Of a stretch of 27,836 nt of DNA, positions 16,001-23,864 are shown in pieces. Location of the stretch: the IMG/VR virus record IMGVR_UViG_3300030330_005380, positions 1 through 27,836 of that record; one strand, written 5' to 3'. The notes beneath the pieces are model-generated. The model did not search any database and had not been told where the DNA came from. It saw only the letters and a list, made by a program, of their open reading frames with translations. The translations under genes were made by a program, and so were the position numbers. The DNA is from a virus (lineage: Duplodnaviria; Caudoviricetes). The number at the start of each line of letters is the position of its first letter. Position 1 is the first letter of the stretch.

Positions 16001-17147
16001 CGAAGACCAAGATGATTGGGTCTGGAAGCAGAATCTTGAAAACTGGAAGCAAGTAAACGACGGGCTTACCGACGATGAAGAAGATAAAAAGTTCTCTAAG
16101 ACCTTTTCTGTAGGGGTTGGCATTTCTATTAAGCGGGGTCATCTCTCCGAAGAGAAGAAAAAACTCCTTAAAGAAGCTAACTGGAAAACTCATCTGAAAA
16201 CCCATGACAAAGAACTAGAATTAAAAGCAATTATCGAAATGGGGAAAGTTTTTGGACACACTCGACTTACTGGTCTTGTAAGTAGCTGGAATAAAAAAAC
16301 AACCTTCGCGGACGGCCTAACATATGAAATGTATCGCGCTGTATTGAACTATCGAGACAGAAAAACTAACGGTAACCTTACCACTGACGAAATTGCTTGG
16401 GCTGAAAACAACTTGCCGTACTGGCTTTGGAACGAAGGCATCAAAGAAAGGGTATTTGAAGAAAAAGTATCTGTATGCAAACAATGGTTTGAAGAAAATC
16501 CAGAAGCCGAATTCATGCATAAAAGCGCAGAAGTTGATAACCCATTCCCGTTTCCGTTCTCCACGAATGCCAAATGCGGGCTTGAAACTGCTATGGTGGG
16601 TAAATTTTTGGAAGGTTTAAGGGGGGAAAGGAGACGCAAGAATAAAGACTGGGAAATTGAGATTCTCGACAGAGAACTTGGTGAAAAATGGAAACGCGAG
16701 GCTAAAGATGAACCGCGCATCTTGAAAGTAAATTACATTCCACCAAACTCAACTTCAGGAAACAAAGAATGCTATTACGTCCATCTTGGCATGGCTAAAG
16801 CTCCAAAAGGATATTCCAAAGCTAGCCGTGCAATAGTTGCTCGGTTTCCCACGAAACTTGAAGCGGAAAAAGCTATGGCACTCATGCAGAAAGAGGTCAA
16901 TAAAAACCCGAATTATAATCCAGAAAAATTAAGAGATGATTTTGCTCCATTACCATACGCTCGAAACAGATGGGACGAGAAAAGTCTCGATTTCTTAAAG
17001 AAAAACTATAAACGCAAATCTGATTCTGAGATAGCCAAACATTTAGGTCGCAGTACGGCCTCTGTGAGTTCTCAAAGAAATAAACTTGGTCTTGAACTTG
17101 CTGTTGATGGTCGAGTTAATAACGGCGCACATAACCACAAGAAATGA
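13005..17147 (+). CDS. Mrr-like nuclease / SF2 helicase fusion (Type ISP-like N-half) with long C-terminal putative DNA-binding region
   Basis: E82..GVD123..Q138-T-K140; PCGWGKT, VCSD, TYQS, DEAHRT, TAT, NARCLNEGVDCP, DIVQSVGRAMR; Trp-periodic helical C-half; terminal Myb/SANT-like RWDEKSLDFLKKNY..EIAKHLGRS. Confidence 0.85.
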   Translation: MSQQKIDHRLLNHFLKLKIFDGLGRKQKSLEDVEDLLNNLKEEHLLLKTQQHLRKVCAEKGADEYQKSLEGALVQLRGAAAEIICNADTILRGDTNIKRGERISRQKREEYNMALKKPEAGVDYECVDAHQHVDKAIQTKWYSNASSKTIFTNDISTTLIDGLHWPILEIWTNASKVDSDVIKDNVVVSCRNSLSNRLTPHYLSNIKNLIKGSAVKPQKPLTPLWYQKIAVKACLKAFKKSDRGQLNVPCGWGKTLAGLWIGEGLGSKKTLALCPSKDLCRQIFSAWAQNGSKKNVKRLVVCSDETVSDDAIAAYEDELDFAVVKDSDKLKELTQDCAEYEIICTYQSISKLIEAELDFDYGFFDEAHRTTQPDDHLFALGLFDRNIKIEKRLFATATRRFVHSRNSRCNTMEDESVYGPVFYQMSFSEAVRTGRSRKNDNVKIISPVKIVTNKITNQDLDRELIKHGVTRVGWDLAQTRMVASIIGFLKAVDTLNLKKSFIYTNRVNSAERLANDPANGISQFTDKIKAFHVNGNMRSSERQREFTSFLEQEYSVITNARCLNEGVDCPLVDCVAFFNPRKSVIDIVQSVGRAMRVDKNNPDKVGCIYVNVFEDAEENTDQALYDSPYELLVDVILAMASHDDSLQDLLNKWLEDVGGGGDGDFPEIFEVIDGDDVDLEELRNSIISQVMTVFRNGKWSIWRQRIGLAKKIKEKYGSPNFHNFMRKLPWAHPEDYTFADDPMITKEYITWTRNSLRLGQISESKHNELIDLNFEFEPEQQRWKIFTKLMSNLIKGYTQINSPSKINWGLAELEIDKWSEGHIKSKQEFKAFKSRFNAANNEVVKKYNATINKGSRPIQCKNKRVHRTHLNEWQMDYLKDINWTPILPCEAAEDELVSIVEKFLREGRNENQRGQNRWDFQNAHHHLSIRAEEKTGKIIFPAELKYDGVNLANLISFRRRPSKPSDYKHEAGRKRAEYLEKLRLKTVKRLENLGVWMGDEDQDDWVWKQNLENWKQVNDGLTDDEEDKKFSKTFSVGVGISIKRGHLSEEKKKLLKEANWKTHLKTHDKELELKAIIEMGKVFGHTRLTGLVSSWNKKTTFADGLTYEMYRAVLNYRDRKTNGNLTTDEIAWAENNLPYWLWNEGIKERVFEEKVSVCKQWFEENPEAEFMHKSAEVDNPFPFPFSTNAKCGLETAMVGKFLEGLRGERRRKNKDWEIEILDRELGEKWKREAKDEPRILKVNYIPPNSTSGNKECYYVHLGMAKAPKGYSKASRAIVARFPTKLEAEKAMALMQKEVNKNPNYNPEKLRDDFAPLPYARNRWDEKSLDFLKKNYKRKSDSEIAKHLGRSTASVSSQRNKLGLELAVDGRVNNGAHNHKK

Positions 17148-17719
17148 GAAAAGAAATAATAGTAATAGACGGGTTCTACAAAGACCCAAATCAAATAAGA
17201 AGGCAAGCCTTAGAGATGACTTACAGCGTAAGCGGTAATTATCCCGGCATTAGAACCAAAGCACTGCCCGGTGGTGACGTTAGAGAGTTCTTGGAGGGCG
17301 TCATGGGCATAAAAATAGATAAAACGAAGTGGAATGCGGGTGAATACACTGGCGCATATCAGTATGTTGCAGAGGGAGCAAATACATGGATACATTCAGA
17401 CCGTCATAATGATTGGTCGTGCATTGTTTATTTGTCTCCAGACCCTATTGATGACTCTGGAACGTCCTTTTACAAACACAAAGAAACTGGCTCTATATCA
17501 TATCACGATACCGAATTGGGCAAGGAGATAGAGAAAGATGGAAACAATACTGATGCATGGGTTAAAACTGACGTAGTGGCTAATAGATTTAACAGAGCGG
17601 TATTATTCAGAGGAGATTTATGGCACAAGGCTGATAATTATTTCGGTAATGATTTAAAAAGCGGGAGATTGTTTCAAACATTCTTTTTCAGCGAGGAAAA
17701 TCCTAATAAAACGAAATAA
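17144..17719 (+). CDS. 2OG-Fe(II) oxygenase (DUF6445-like)
   Basis: IVIDGFYKDP, WIHSD (HxD), GTSFY, NRAVLFRGDLWH, RLFQTFF. Confidence 0.8.
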   Translation: MRKEIIVIDGFYKDPNQIRRQALEMTYSVSGNYPGIRTKALPGGDVREFLEGVMGIKIDKTKWNAGEYTGAYQYVAEGANTWIHSDRHNDWSCIVYLSPDPIDDSGTSFYKHKETGSISYHDTELGKEIEKDGNNTDAWVKTDVVANRFNRAVLFRGDLWHKADNYFGNDLKSGRLFQTFFFSEENPNKTK

Positions 17720-17763
17720 AATATCCATTTATTTTAATGGTTTATATGGCCCATTTTGGTAAA

Positions 17764-18063
17764 ATGAAAAGTCGAGAAAAATTCATAAAATGCAGTTGTC
17801 ACAGCGAAGGTATGCTACTTACCAAATTTGATGACGAAGAAGAAATCTATGTTAGCTTTTGGCGAGCGGGCATAAACCCCGTCAAATTAACTTGGTGGAT
17901 GAGACTGAAGCTGTGTTACTTGGCTTTATTTAAGGGCAATTATTATGACGACCAGTTAGTTTTAAGTAAAGAAGAAGCAATGAAACTTTCTTTGTGGGTT
18001 CAGGATGAGTACGACCATGTTACTGAGTGGGTAAGAGAGATGGAAAAAGAAGAAAAGTATTGA
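17764..18063 (+). CDS. Hypothetical phage protein
   Basis: Start ATG 17764 preferred (MKSREKFIKCSCHSE); the track start at 17737 spans the repeat. Confidence 0.7.
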   Translation: MKSREKFIKCSCHSEGMLLTKFDDEEEIYVSFWRAGINPVKLTWWMRLKLCYLALFKGNYYDDQLVLSKEEAMKLSLWVQDEYDHVTEWVREMEKEEKY

Positions 18064-18112
18064 AAGATGCCCAGTTAAAACCCGTGGAAATCGACGGGAT
18101 TAAAAAGAAAAA

Positions 18113-18349
18113 ATGTGGAACAATAGAATCATAAAACACGAAAATGATGGAGTCACTTGGTATAGTGTCCATGAAGTCTTTTACAACGAAGACGGTAGCA
18201 TTTATGCTCACACCGAAGACGCAATTGCTATCGTTGGAGAAACCGAAGAAGAGGCGGTAGAACAAGCGGAACAAATATTGAGGGATATTAAAGATACGCC
18301 AGTTCTTGTGGCGTCTGAAATAGAATTCAAAGACCATGAAGAAGAATAA
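18113..18349 (+). CDS. Hypothetical phage protein
   Basis: MWNNRII..YSVHEVFY..PVL pattern. Confidence 0.7.
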   Translation: MWNNRIIKHENDGVTWYSVHEVFYNEDGSIYAHTEDAIAIVGETEEEAVEQAEQILRDIKDTPVLVASEIEFKDHEEE

Positions 18350-18626
18350 AAAAATACCCCTTAACGACGTATCTCTTGAAGAAGTCATGGCTAGTGATTT
18401 TCCGAGGGTCTATGTACATGACGTTAAAGATAACCCAGACGATACCTACTCTATGGAAATTTCTACCAACAAAGCTTTTGACGAACTCTTTAAGAAAGAA
18501 AAAAATCGTAAACGAGTTAGCAAGAAAGGAATACAAGAGTTTTTTATAGAGCTACTCGAAAAGGGCATAGCTAAAGAAGATGGGTATGACATCAAAAAGT
18601 TAAGTAATAAGGCATTGGTAGAATGA
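18336..18626 (+). CDS. Hypothetical protein
   Basis: 96-aa ORF overlapping its neighbours. Confidence 0.65.
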   Translation: MKKNKKIPLNDVSLEEVMASDFPRVYVHDVKDNPDDTYSMEISTNKAFDELFKKEKNRKRVSKKGIQEFFIELLEKGIAKEDGYDIKKLSNKALVE

Positions 18627-18781
18627 AACAGTTATTAATAATAATATTGCTTATTATTGGGGGTATTATTTTAATACCAGCTTTACCCGTTATACTTTCT
18701 ATTGTTTATTTAGGAGGAAGGATGATCTGGTGTCTTTTAACTGGCGAACCTTTTTGGGGCGAATATGGCCCATTTTGGTAA
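18623..18781 (+). CDS. Small hydrophobic membrane protein (52 aa; not in ORF track)
   Basis: MKQLLIIILLIIGGIILIPALPVILSIVYLGGRMIWCLLTGEPFWGEYGPFW*; ATGA overlap with the upstream stop. Confidence 0.65.
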   Translation: MKQLLIIILLIIGGIILIPALPVILSIVYLGGRMIWCLLTGEPFWGEYGPFW

Positions 18782-18808
18782 AATAGAATTTAAGTACGAA
18801 AAGAAAAA

Positions 18809-19165
18809 ATGATTAAAGAATATTGTGATAAATGTGACTGTGAAGTCACCACTCAAAACTGCTCTATCACCATGCATTGCATTGCATGGGACGAGCCTTA
18901 CTTTGGGTTACTGTCTCACCGAAGGTGCATTAGATGCTCACCTTCAAGAGCGCAACACATTGTTCACCCTGACTTTGAGCCAGTAGTGGACGATAGGCCA
19001 CAATTCGACAAGCGACTCTTTAGCAGCGAAGAAAAGCTGAAGGAGTGGGAGAAGCGTTGGACTGCTGCTTGGCTGATATGCCAGCAACCCGAAATAGCTG
19101 ACGCCGTTATGGAGAAGCTAGCCAACAGAGCTTGGAGTAAAAAGCATTTCGGAGGCGACGGATGA
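18809..19165 (+). CDS. Hypothetical protein with CxxC pairs
   Basis: CDKC..CIRCSPSRAQHI. Confidence 0.7.
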   Translation: MIKEYCDKCDCEVTTQNCSITMHCIAWDEPYFGLLSHRRCIRCSPSRAQHIVHPDFEPVVDDRPQFDKRLFSSEEKLKEWEKRWTAAWLICQQPEIADAVMEKLANRAWSKKHFGGDG

Positions 19166-19989
19166 AAATATTCTTCACTCATTTTTACGGAAGAATGTCT
19201 GACGTTTTAGGCATTATAAATTGCGGAGCTTACGCCGAAGCTGTAACCAAGGAAGAGGAACAATACGCTCTTGAGAACGGGTGGATGAAAGTAGAAAGCC
19301 TCAAGTACGGGGAGATTTGGGCGCAAGGTCGACAGGTAAGATTAAAAGTTTCGGATTTAAAATATAATAAAAAAATAAGGAAGATGACTGACCCCTGCAA
19401 AGGGATAACTTCTCTTCATAAAGATTTAAATGACTGCGATGTAAACGAGCTTAAAGGCGTATACGAAAAGTATATAAAGTTCAAAAGCGATCAGTACAAA
19501 AAATCTGGAGAACTATTCTCAGACTTCTATACAACAGAAGATTTCTTCAAAGAGCTTTTTATAGACCCAGAGAACAAAAAGATAATCGAGCATAGAGAAG
19601 ATGGAGAGCTTCACGGTTTTGTAATTTGCAGGACTTACGACAATGCAAACTGCATGACCTCAATACAATTCTGCTGGGACTATCATAAACCAAATATATT
19701 TTTGGGTAAGTATAGCTGCATAAAAGAGTTAGAGTCAGCCAAAGAGATGGGTTTAGAGTATTTGTATCTGGGGTTCGGATATGAAAATATGTGCATATAT
19801 AAATCCATGTACCAAGGCTTTGAGTGGTGGACTGGCAGTGAATGGTCTAAAGACAAGCTAGCTTACAAAACTCTTTGCGAAAGCGATACAAAAACAAAAA
19901 CGATTTACGAGCTTGGTCAGTTAGAAGAGGAGTATACTGGTAAATTCTTTTTTTCTCCCAGCGAAATATTAAAGAGAGATGATAGATGA
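19162..19989 (+). CDS. Aminoacyl-tRNA-protein transferase-like (ATE1/Bpt family, GNAT fold)
   Basis: ALENGW near the N-terminus; WDY..LGKYSCIKELESAKEMGLEYLYLG..YKSMYQGFEWW matches the ATE C-terminal pattern LGxxSxLxEIxxAxxxGxxYxYLG..YK. Confidence 0.7.
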   Translation: MKIFFTHFYGRMSDVLGIINCGAYAEAVTKEEEQYALENGWMKVESLKYGEIWAQGRQVRLKVSDLKYNKKIRKMTDPCKGITSLHKDLNDCDVNELKGVYEKYIKFKSDQYKKSGELFSDFYTTEDFFKELFIDPENKKIIEHREDGELHGFVICRTYDNANCMTSIQFCWDYHKPNIFLGKYSCIKELESAKEMGLEYLYLGFGYENMCIYKSMYQGFEWWTGSEWSKDKLAYKTLCESDTKTKTIYELGQLEEEYTGKFFFSPSEILKRDDR

Positions 19990-20434
19990 TTATATAAAGT
20001 ATATTACTTTAAAAAGAAAAGAGCTTGGGGGTCATGCAATATGTCCGTTTGCTAAAAAATTTCTGGATAAAACGGAGATCATTAAGTCAGACGACTTGGA
20101 GTCTGATGCTCTAAATTGCATAGAATCAGAAGAAAGGCCGATGCTTTGGCTAATCTATGGATGCCCCAAAAAATTCACCAAAGAATGGCTGTCCTCTTTC
20201 TGTGATAAACATAAAGATAAAGCTAAATCAAAGGATTTGTGGCTAATCTGGGATCACCCAGACCAAATAAATAAAATTGGAAATATTGAAACAAACAATA
20301 AAGAATATGGTGTAATACTAATACAGCCCTTAAAGGAGCTAAACAAATACTCAGATAAACTCAAAAAGAGTAATTATTATGACTATTGGGATGAGGACTA
20401 TTATAACGCTATAGTAAAAAGCAGGAGCGAGTAA
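19979..20434 (+). CDS. Hypothetical protein (DUF1415-like CPFA motif)
   Basis: ICPFAKK..DHP..LIQPL..NYYDYW. Confidence 0.55.
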   Translation: MIDDYIKYITLKRKELGGHAICPFAKKFLDKTEIIKSDDLESDALNCIESEERPMLWLIYGCPKKFTKEWLSSFCDKHKDKAKSKDLWLIWDHPDQINKIGNIETNNKEYGVILIQPLKELNKYSDKLKKSNYYDYWDEDYYNAIVKSRSE

Positions 20435-20445
20435 TAAGGCATTAT

Positions 20446-21147
20446 ATGAAAGAAGAATTTGAACTAGATTTTACCAATCAAATAAAAGCAAGGAAGCTTG
20501 ACGAATTGAAATATACAGGCACTCCAGAAGTTTTTCTAAAAACTTCAAGGAGCGATTTCGAGTATATGGATATCGACATAAAGCCTCTCTTAGACATGCC
20601 TCCGCCAGCTAATTCAAGTGAGGATACCAAAAGAGAGTTATTGGAAGTAAAAGCGTTCATGGAACAGCAGCACTCTGAAGAATTTTCGGCAAACCTTAAG
20701 AAAATGGACAAAGACCCAGCCAAATTTATAATTGATTCCTATAAAGAGCTAAGTGGGAAAACTGTCCCTAAAAAAGCGTTAGATTTCATAACTGGCGGTG
20801 ATGTCGAAGTTTTAGCGATGAAGCTAAAGATGCATTACGGTAGACCAAGACCTTACCAAATAGCGGACTATTATGGGATTGAACTAGATTACAACAAGAC
20901 TATTCAACACGGAAAAGCAAACGCTCCGTCTTACCCAAGTGGCCACACTCTAGCAGCTTACTTTGCAGCAAGGGTTATCGGCTACATAGACTCAAAATAT
21001 CAAGACGACCTAATTGAAAAAGCGAAGATGGTTGCAGATTCTAGAATAGCAGAAGGAGTTCATTTCAAAAGCGATAACAACTTTTCATTTGCATTAGTGG
21101 ACAATACGATGATGAAAGCATTTGTGGATGCTTATGAAAAAGTCTGA
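20446..21147 (+). CDS. PAP2 / vanadium haloperoxidase superfamily phosphatase
   Basis: All three motifs: KMHYGRPRP, SYPSGH, SRIAEGVHFKSD. Confidence 0.88.
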   Translation: MKEEFELDFTNQIKARKLDELKYTGTPEVFLKTSRSDFEYMDIDIKPLLDMPPPANSSEDTKRELLEVKAFMEQQHSEEFSANLKKMDKDPAKFIIDSYKELSGKTVPKKALDFITGGDVEVLAMKLKMHYGRPRPYQIADYYGIELDYNKTIQHGKANAPSYPSGHTLAAYFAARVIGYIDSKYQDDLIEKAKMVADSRIAEGVHFKSDNNFSFALVDNTMMKAFVDAYEKV

Positions 21148-21556
21148 AATAATTAATTTCTTATCTTGTACTTATTGCAGGATAAAAAAATCCGATATAC
21201 ATGGAATTGGAGTCTGTGCAATTATAGACATCAGCAAAGACACAAACCTTTTTCCAGACTGCTCATGTGATTTAAAAAACATGAAGGCGATCAGCAAAGA
21301 AGAAGTTCATCACCTAAATGCACCCACGATCAAAATGATGAGCGATTTTTTCATAGAGACGAAGACTCACTACTTCACTACCACTTCTTTAAATAAAATT
21401 AATATATCTTACTTCTTAAATCATTCGGATAACCCCAACTGCGAATGGAGAGAAGAGGATGATTCTTTTAGACCTTTAACAGACATAAAAGAAGGAGAAG
21501 AGTTAACTTTAAATTATCACAACTACCTCAAAAGCGAGCTTATAAAAAATGTATAA
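21134..21556 (+). CDS. SET-domain lysine methyltransferase-like protein
   Basis: SDIHGIGVCA, FLNHSDNPNC, DIKEGEELTLNY; ATG 21134 preferred. Confidence 0.88.
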   Translation: MKKSEIINFLSCTYCRIKKSDIHGIGVCAIIDISKDTNLFPDCSCDLKNMKAISKEEVHHLNAPTIKMMSDFFIETKTHYFTTTSLNKINISYFLNHSDNPNCEWREEDDSFRPLTDIKEGEELTLNYHNYLKSELIKNV

Positions 21557-21899
21557 AGACTTAGCCCCAGATATAACTAGACAAAGAATTGTTATAGAAG
21601 GAACACTTCATAACCCTTTCCTTCCTGAACAGATGGATAGATATTGCCGTGAGATGACCAGCGTTTTGAATATGACGGTGGTTACTGCTCCGTTTTGCAA
21701 CTACGACCCTGCGTATGGCTGGTGTTCGTATGTGCATTGGAAAGAGAGCGGGATGCATGTCTATGCATGGGACGATAGAAGTCCTTGCTTCTTTTCTGTG
21801 GATGTCTACACTTGCAGAGCGTTCGAACCAGAAACTGCTGTTAAATACACCCAAGAGTTTTTTGGCGATAACTTAATAGAATTAGCATGGAAAGAGTAA
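21549..21899 (+). CDS. speD: S-adenosylmethionine decarboxylase-like pyruvoyl proenzyme
   Basis: WKES-GMHVYAW..FSVDVYTCRAF (canonical ESH..HTW..DvftC); substrate not certain. Confidence 0.7.
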   Translation: MYKDLAPDITRQRIVIEGTLHNPFLPEQMDRYCREMTSVLNMTVVTAPFCNYDPAYGWCSYVHWKESGMHVYAWDDRSPCFFSVDVYTCRAFEPETAVKYTQEFFGDNLIELAWKE

Positions 21900-22426
21900 G
21901 TAAGCGAAAAGCATGTTTCCTTCAGATGATTGAAAGGAAAAAGTGGAAAAGTTGGGAAATAAAAATTATTAAAAATAATTATAAAAAATTGACCGACATA
22001 GAAATAAATGAAAAGTATCTACCACACAGAACCGAAAGTGCGATACGGACAAGGAGACACTTATTAAAGCTAAGAAAAGATATGCAAAAACATCAACTCT
22101 GGACTGAAGAGGAAATAAAAACCTTAAAAGAAAACTACTTAGATTACGATCAAAGAGAGTTGCGAGATAAGTTTTTCCCAGACAAAACTGTTGAACAAGT
22201 TAGGTCTGCCAAGATGAGTAGAGGGCTAAAAAAGCCTAGAGTTTGGACTGAAGAGGAGGTAGACTTATTGGTGCTACATGGTGCTAATCACACCCACACA
22301 GAAATGCATAAGAAGTTTTTGCCCAACAAAACCCCTGAAAAGATTAGCTCCATGAGAAGGTATTACAACATTAGGAGAACCCCAAATGTCGCGAAAAAAA
22401 CTCATGAAGACCCTTCGTTCAATTGA
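21887..22426 (+). CDS. Protein with three Myb/SANT-like HTH repeats
   Basis: Three repeats W[TK]xxE[IV]xxL..P[HDN][RK]Txxx[IV]; alternative start at 21926. Confidence 0.75.
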   Translation: MERVSKRKACFLQMIERKKWKSWEIKIIKNNYKKLTDIEINEKYLPHRTESAIRTRRHLLKLRKDMQKHQLWTEEEIKTLKENYLDYDQRELRDKFFPDKTVEQVRSAKMSRGLKKPRVWTEEEVDLLVLHGANHTHTEMHKKFLPNKTPEKISSMRRYYNIRRTPNVAKKTHEDPSFN

Positions 22427-22589
22427 GGAGCTTGAGCACTATCTCTCTGAATCTCAGGTGTATGGCCTTAACATGGTTTCCATAACCACAACTACAGAAC
22501 TTTTATCAAAGATAAAAAATAATTTACTAGACGAAGGTTCTAATCTCGTAGATTTAGATGAAGAGCAGGATAAAGACGCTGAATCTTAA
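22386..22589 (+). CDS. Hypothetical protein
   Basis: 67-aa ORF filling the gap. Confidence 0.55.
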   Translation: MSRKKLMKTLRSIEELEHYLSESQVYGLNMVSITTTTELLSKIKNNLLDEGSNLVDLDEEQDKDAES

Positions 22590-22594
22590 ACTGC

Positions 22595-23242
22595 ATGGCT
22601 GCTACTGCCTTAGAAGAGAAACAAGAGCGACGACTCTTACGCCTAGCCCGAAAGGGAAACTGCGAGGCTTATGAGGAGTTAATAGGCTATTACGGCCCTG
22701 CGCTAAAAGGATGGATAAGAAAGTATTGTAGGGGCAATGATGACTTAGCGGAAGAAATATACTCTATCACCATAATAAAGTGTTGGAGTAAGATAAAAAA
22801 GTTCAAAGGCAATTCTAAGTTTTCTACTTGGGCAAACGCCATAGCAAGAAATGCATTTCTAGACGAATTTCGCAAAAAGAAAAAATGCAAACTCATAGAT
22901 ATTGAAAACGTAGCTTTTCTGGCGTCTTCTTCCCAAGAATCAGAAGACCTCAAGAAATCTCTAGAGAAGCCAATTCCTGAATATGATTCAGTAGATAATG
23001 ACTTACCTTCTGCCCGCATAGAGAACCAAGAAAAGAGGGATCAAGCTAAAAAAATATCTACTAAGGTCTTAAATAAACTCTCAAAAGATCACAGAGAAAT
23101 ATTAGAACTTCGAGATATGCATGGGTTGGAGTACAGTGAAATTGCTTCTACACTTAAAATTCGTTTGGGTACTGTTATGTCTAGGCTTTACTATGCCAGA
23201 AGAAATGCGAAGAAGATTCTTCTTAGAATTGAAAAGCGTTAG
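22595..23242 (+). CDS. ECF-type sigma-70 family RNA polymerase sigma factor
   Basis: Region 2 AYEELI..DLAEEI..FKGNSKFSTWANAIARN; region 4 LSKDHREILELRD..YSEIA..GTVMSRLYYAR. Confidence 0.9.
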   Translation: MAATALEEKQERRLLRLARKGNCEAYEELIGYYGPALKGWIRKYCRGNDDLAEEIYSITIIKCWSKIKKFKGNSKFSTWANAIARNAFLDEFRKKKKCKLIDIENVAFLASSSQESEDLKKSLEKPIPEYDSVDNDLPSARIENQEKRDQAKKISTKVLNKLSKDHREILELRDMHGLEYSEIASTLKIRLGTVMSRLYYARRNAKKILLRIEKR

Positions 23243-23266
23243 TCAATATGCTAGCATTTCTCCGAA

Positions 23267-23632
23267 ATGGAATTTCATACTTCTAAAAAACTTATGGCCG
23301 ACGACGTAAAAGTTGCCTTGGTGGATGTAGATGAGACTGTTTGCTTTTACCCTAACGAAAGAAAATACGATCAAGCCGAGCCTAATCTAGAAAATATCGC
23401 CAAGATAAACAAACTTTACGACGAAGGGTGGAGAATACTTTACTGGACAGCAAGGGGAGGTTCAGATAGGTCTAAAGCAGAAGGAAGATGTTATTATGAT
23501 TTCACTTGGAATCAATTAGAATCTTGGGGATGCAAGTTTCATGATCTCTCTACTGGCTCCAAAGGAGATTACCAGAAACCACCTAACGATCTTATCATAG
23601 ACGATAAGGCTAAAAGGATAGAGGAAATTTAA
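23267..23632 (+). CDS. Small HAD-superfamily phosphatase-like protein
   Basis: VDVDETV (motif I), WTARG (II), KP..DLIIDDK (III/IV). Confidence 0.75.
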   Translation: MEFHTSKKLMADDVKVALVDVDETVCFYPNERKYDQAEPNLENIAKINKLYDEGWRILYWTARGGSDRSKAEGRCYYDFTWNQLESWGCKFHDLSTGSKGDYQKPPNDLIIDDKAKRIEEI

Positions 23633-23633
23633 C

Positions 23634-23864
23634 ATGGGCAAACAAGAGCAATCTTACAGCGTCGACCTTTTGTACAGGGCTAAAATGACGATAGAGGTTG
23701 ACGCTTCGGACTATTCAGAAGCTCACAAAAAAGCCTACAATATTTTCATGGACTCTTCTCCTGACGATATCTTTAGTCAATCCAGCGTAAAATACTCCTT
23801 AGTAGAAACCTCGATAAAGCCTGACGCAAATAATAAAGACGGCACAGACGTTCTCCATGATTGA
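23634..23864 (+). CDS. Hypothetical protein
   Basis: 76 aa; IEVDASDYSEA pattern. Confidence 0.65.
   Translation: MGKQEQSYSVDLLYRAKMTIEVDASDYSEAHKKAYNIFMDSSPDDIFSQSSVKYSLVETSIKPDANNKDGTDVLHD

Larger units (their letters stand above)
17744..18784 (+). repeat. 22-bp perfect direct repeat ATATGGCCCATTTTGGTAAAAT at 17744-17765 and 18763-18784
   Basis: Identical copies read directly from the sequence. Confidence 0.9.

Noticed and set aside
15100-17147. Complete Type ISP restriction-modification enzyme
   Set aside because: No methyltransferase catalytic or SAM-binding motif seen in the C-half.
18081-18098. Hairpin CCCGT..ACGGG as a + strand terminator
   Set aside because: No U-tract on the + strand and only a short stem; at most a weak - strand terminator.
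17744-18784. Direct repeat as a CRISPR array or att sites
   Set aside because: Only two copies about 1 kb apart, and no cas or integrase gene in the window.
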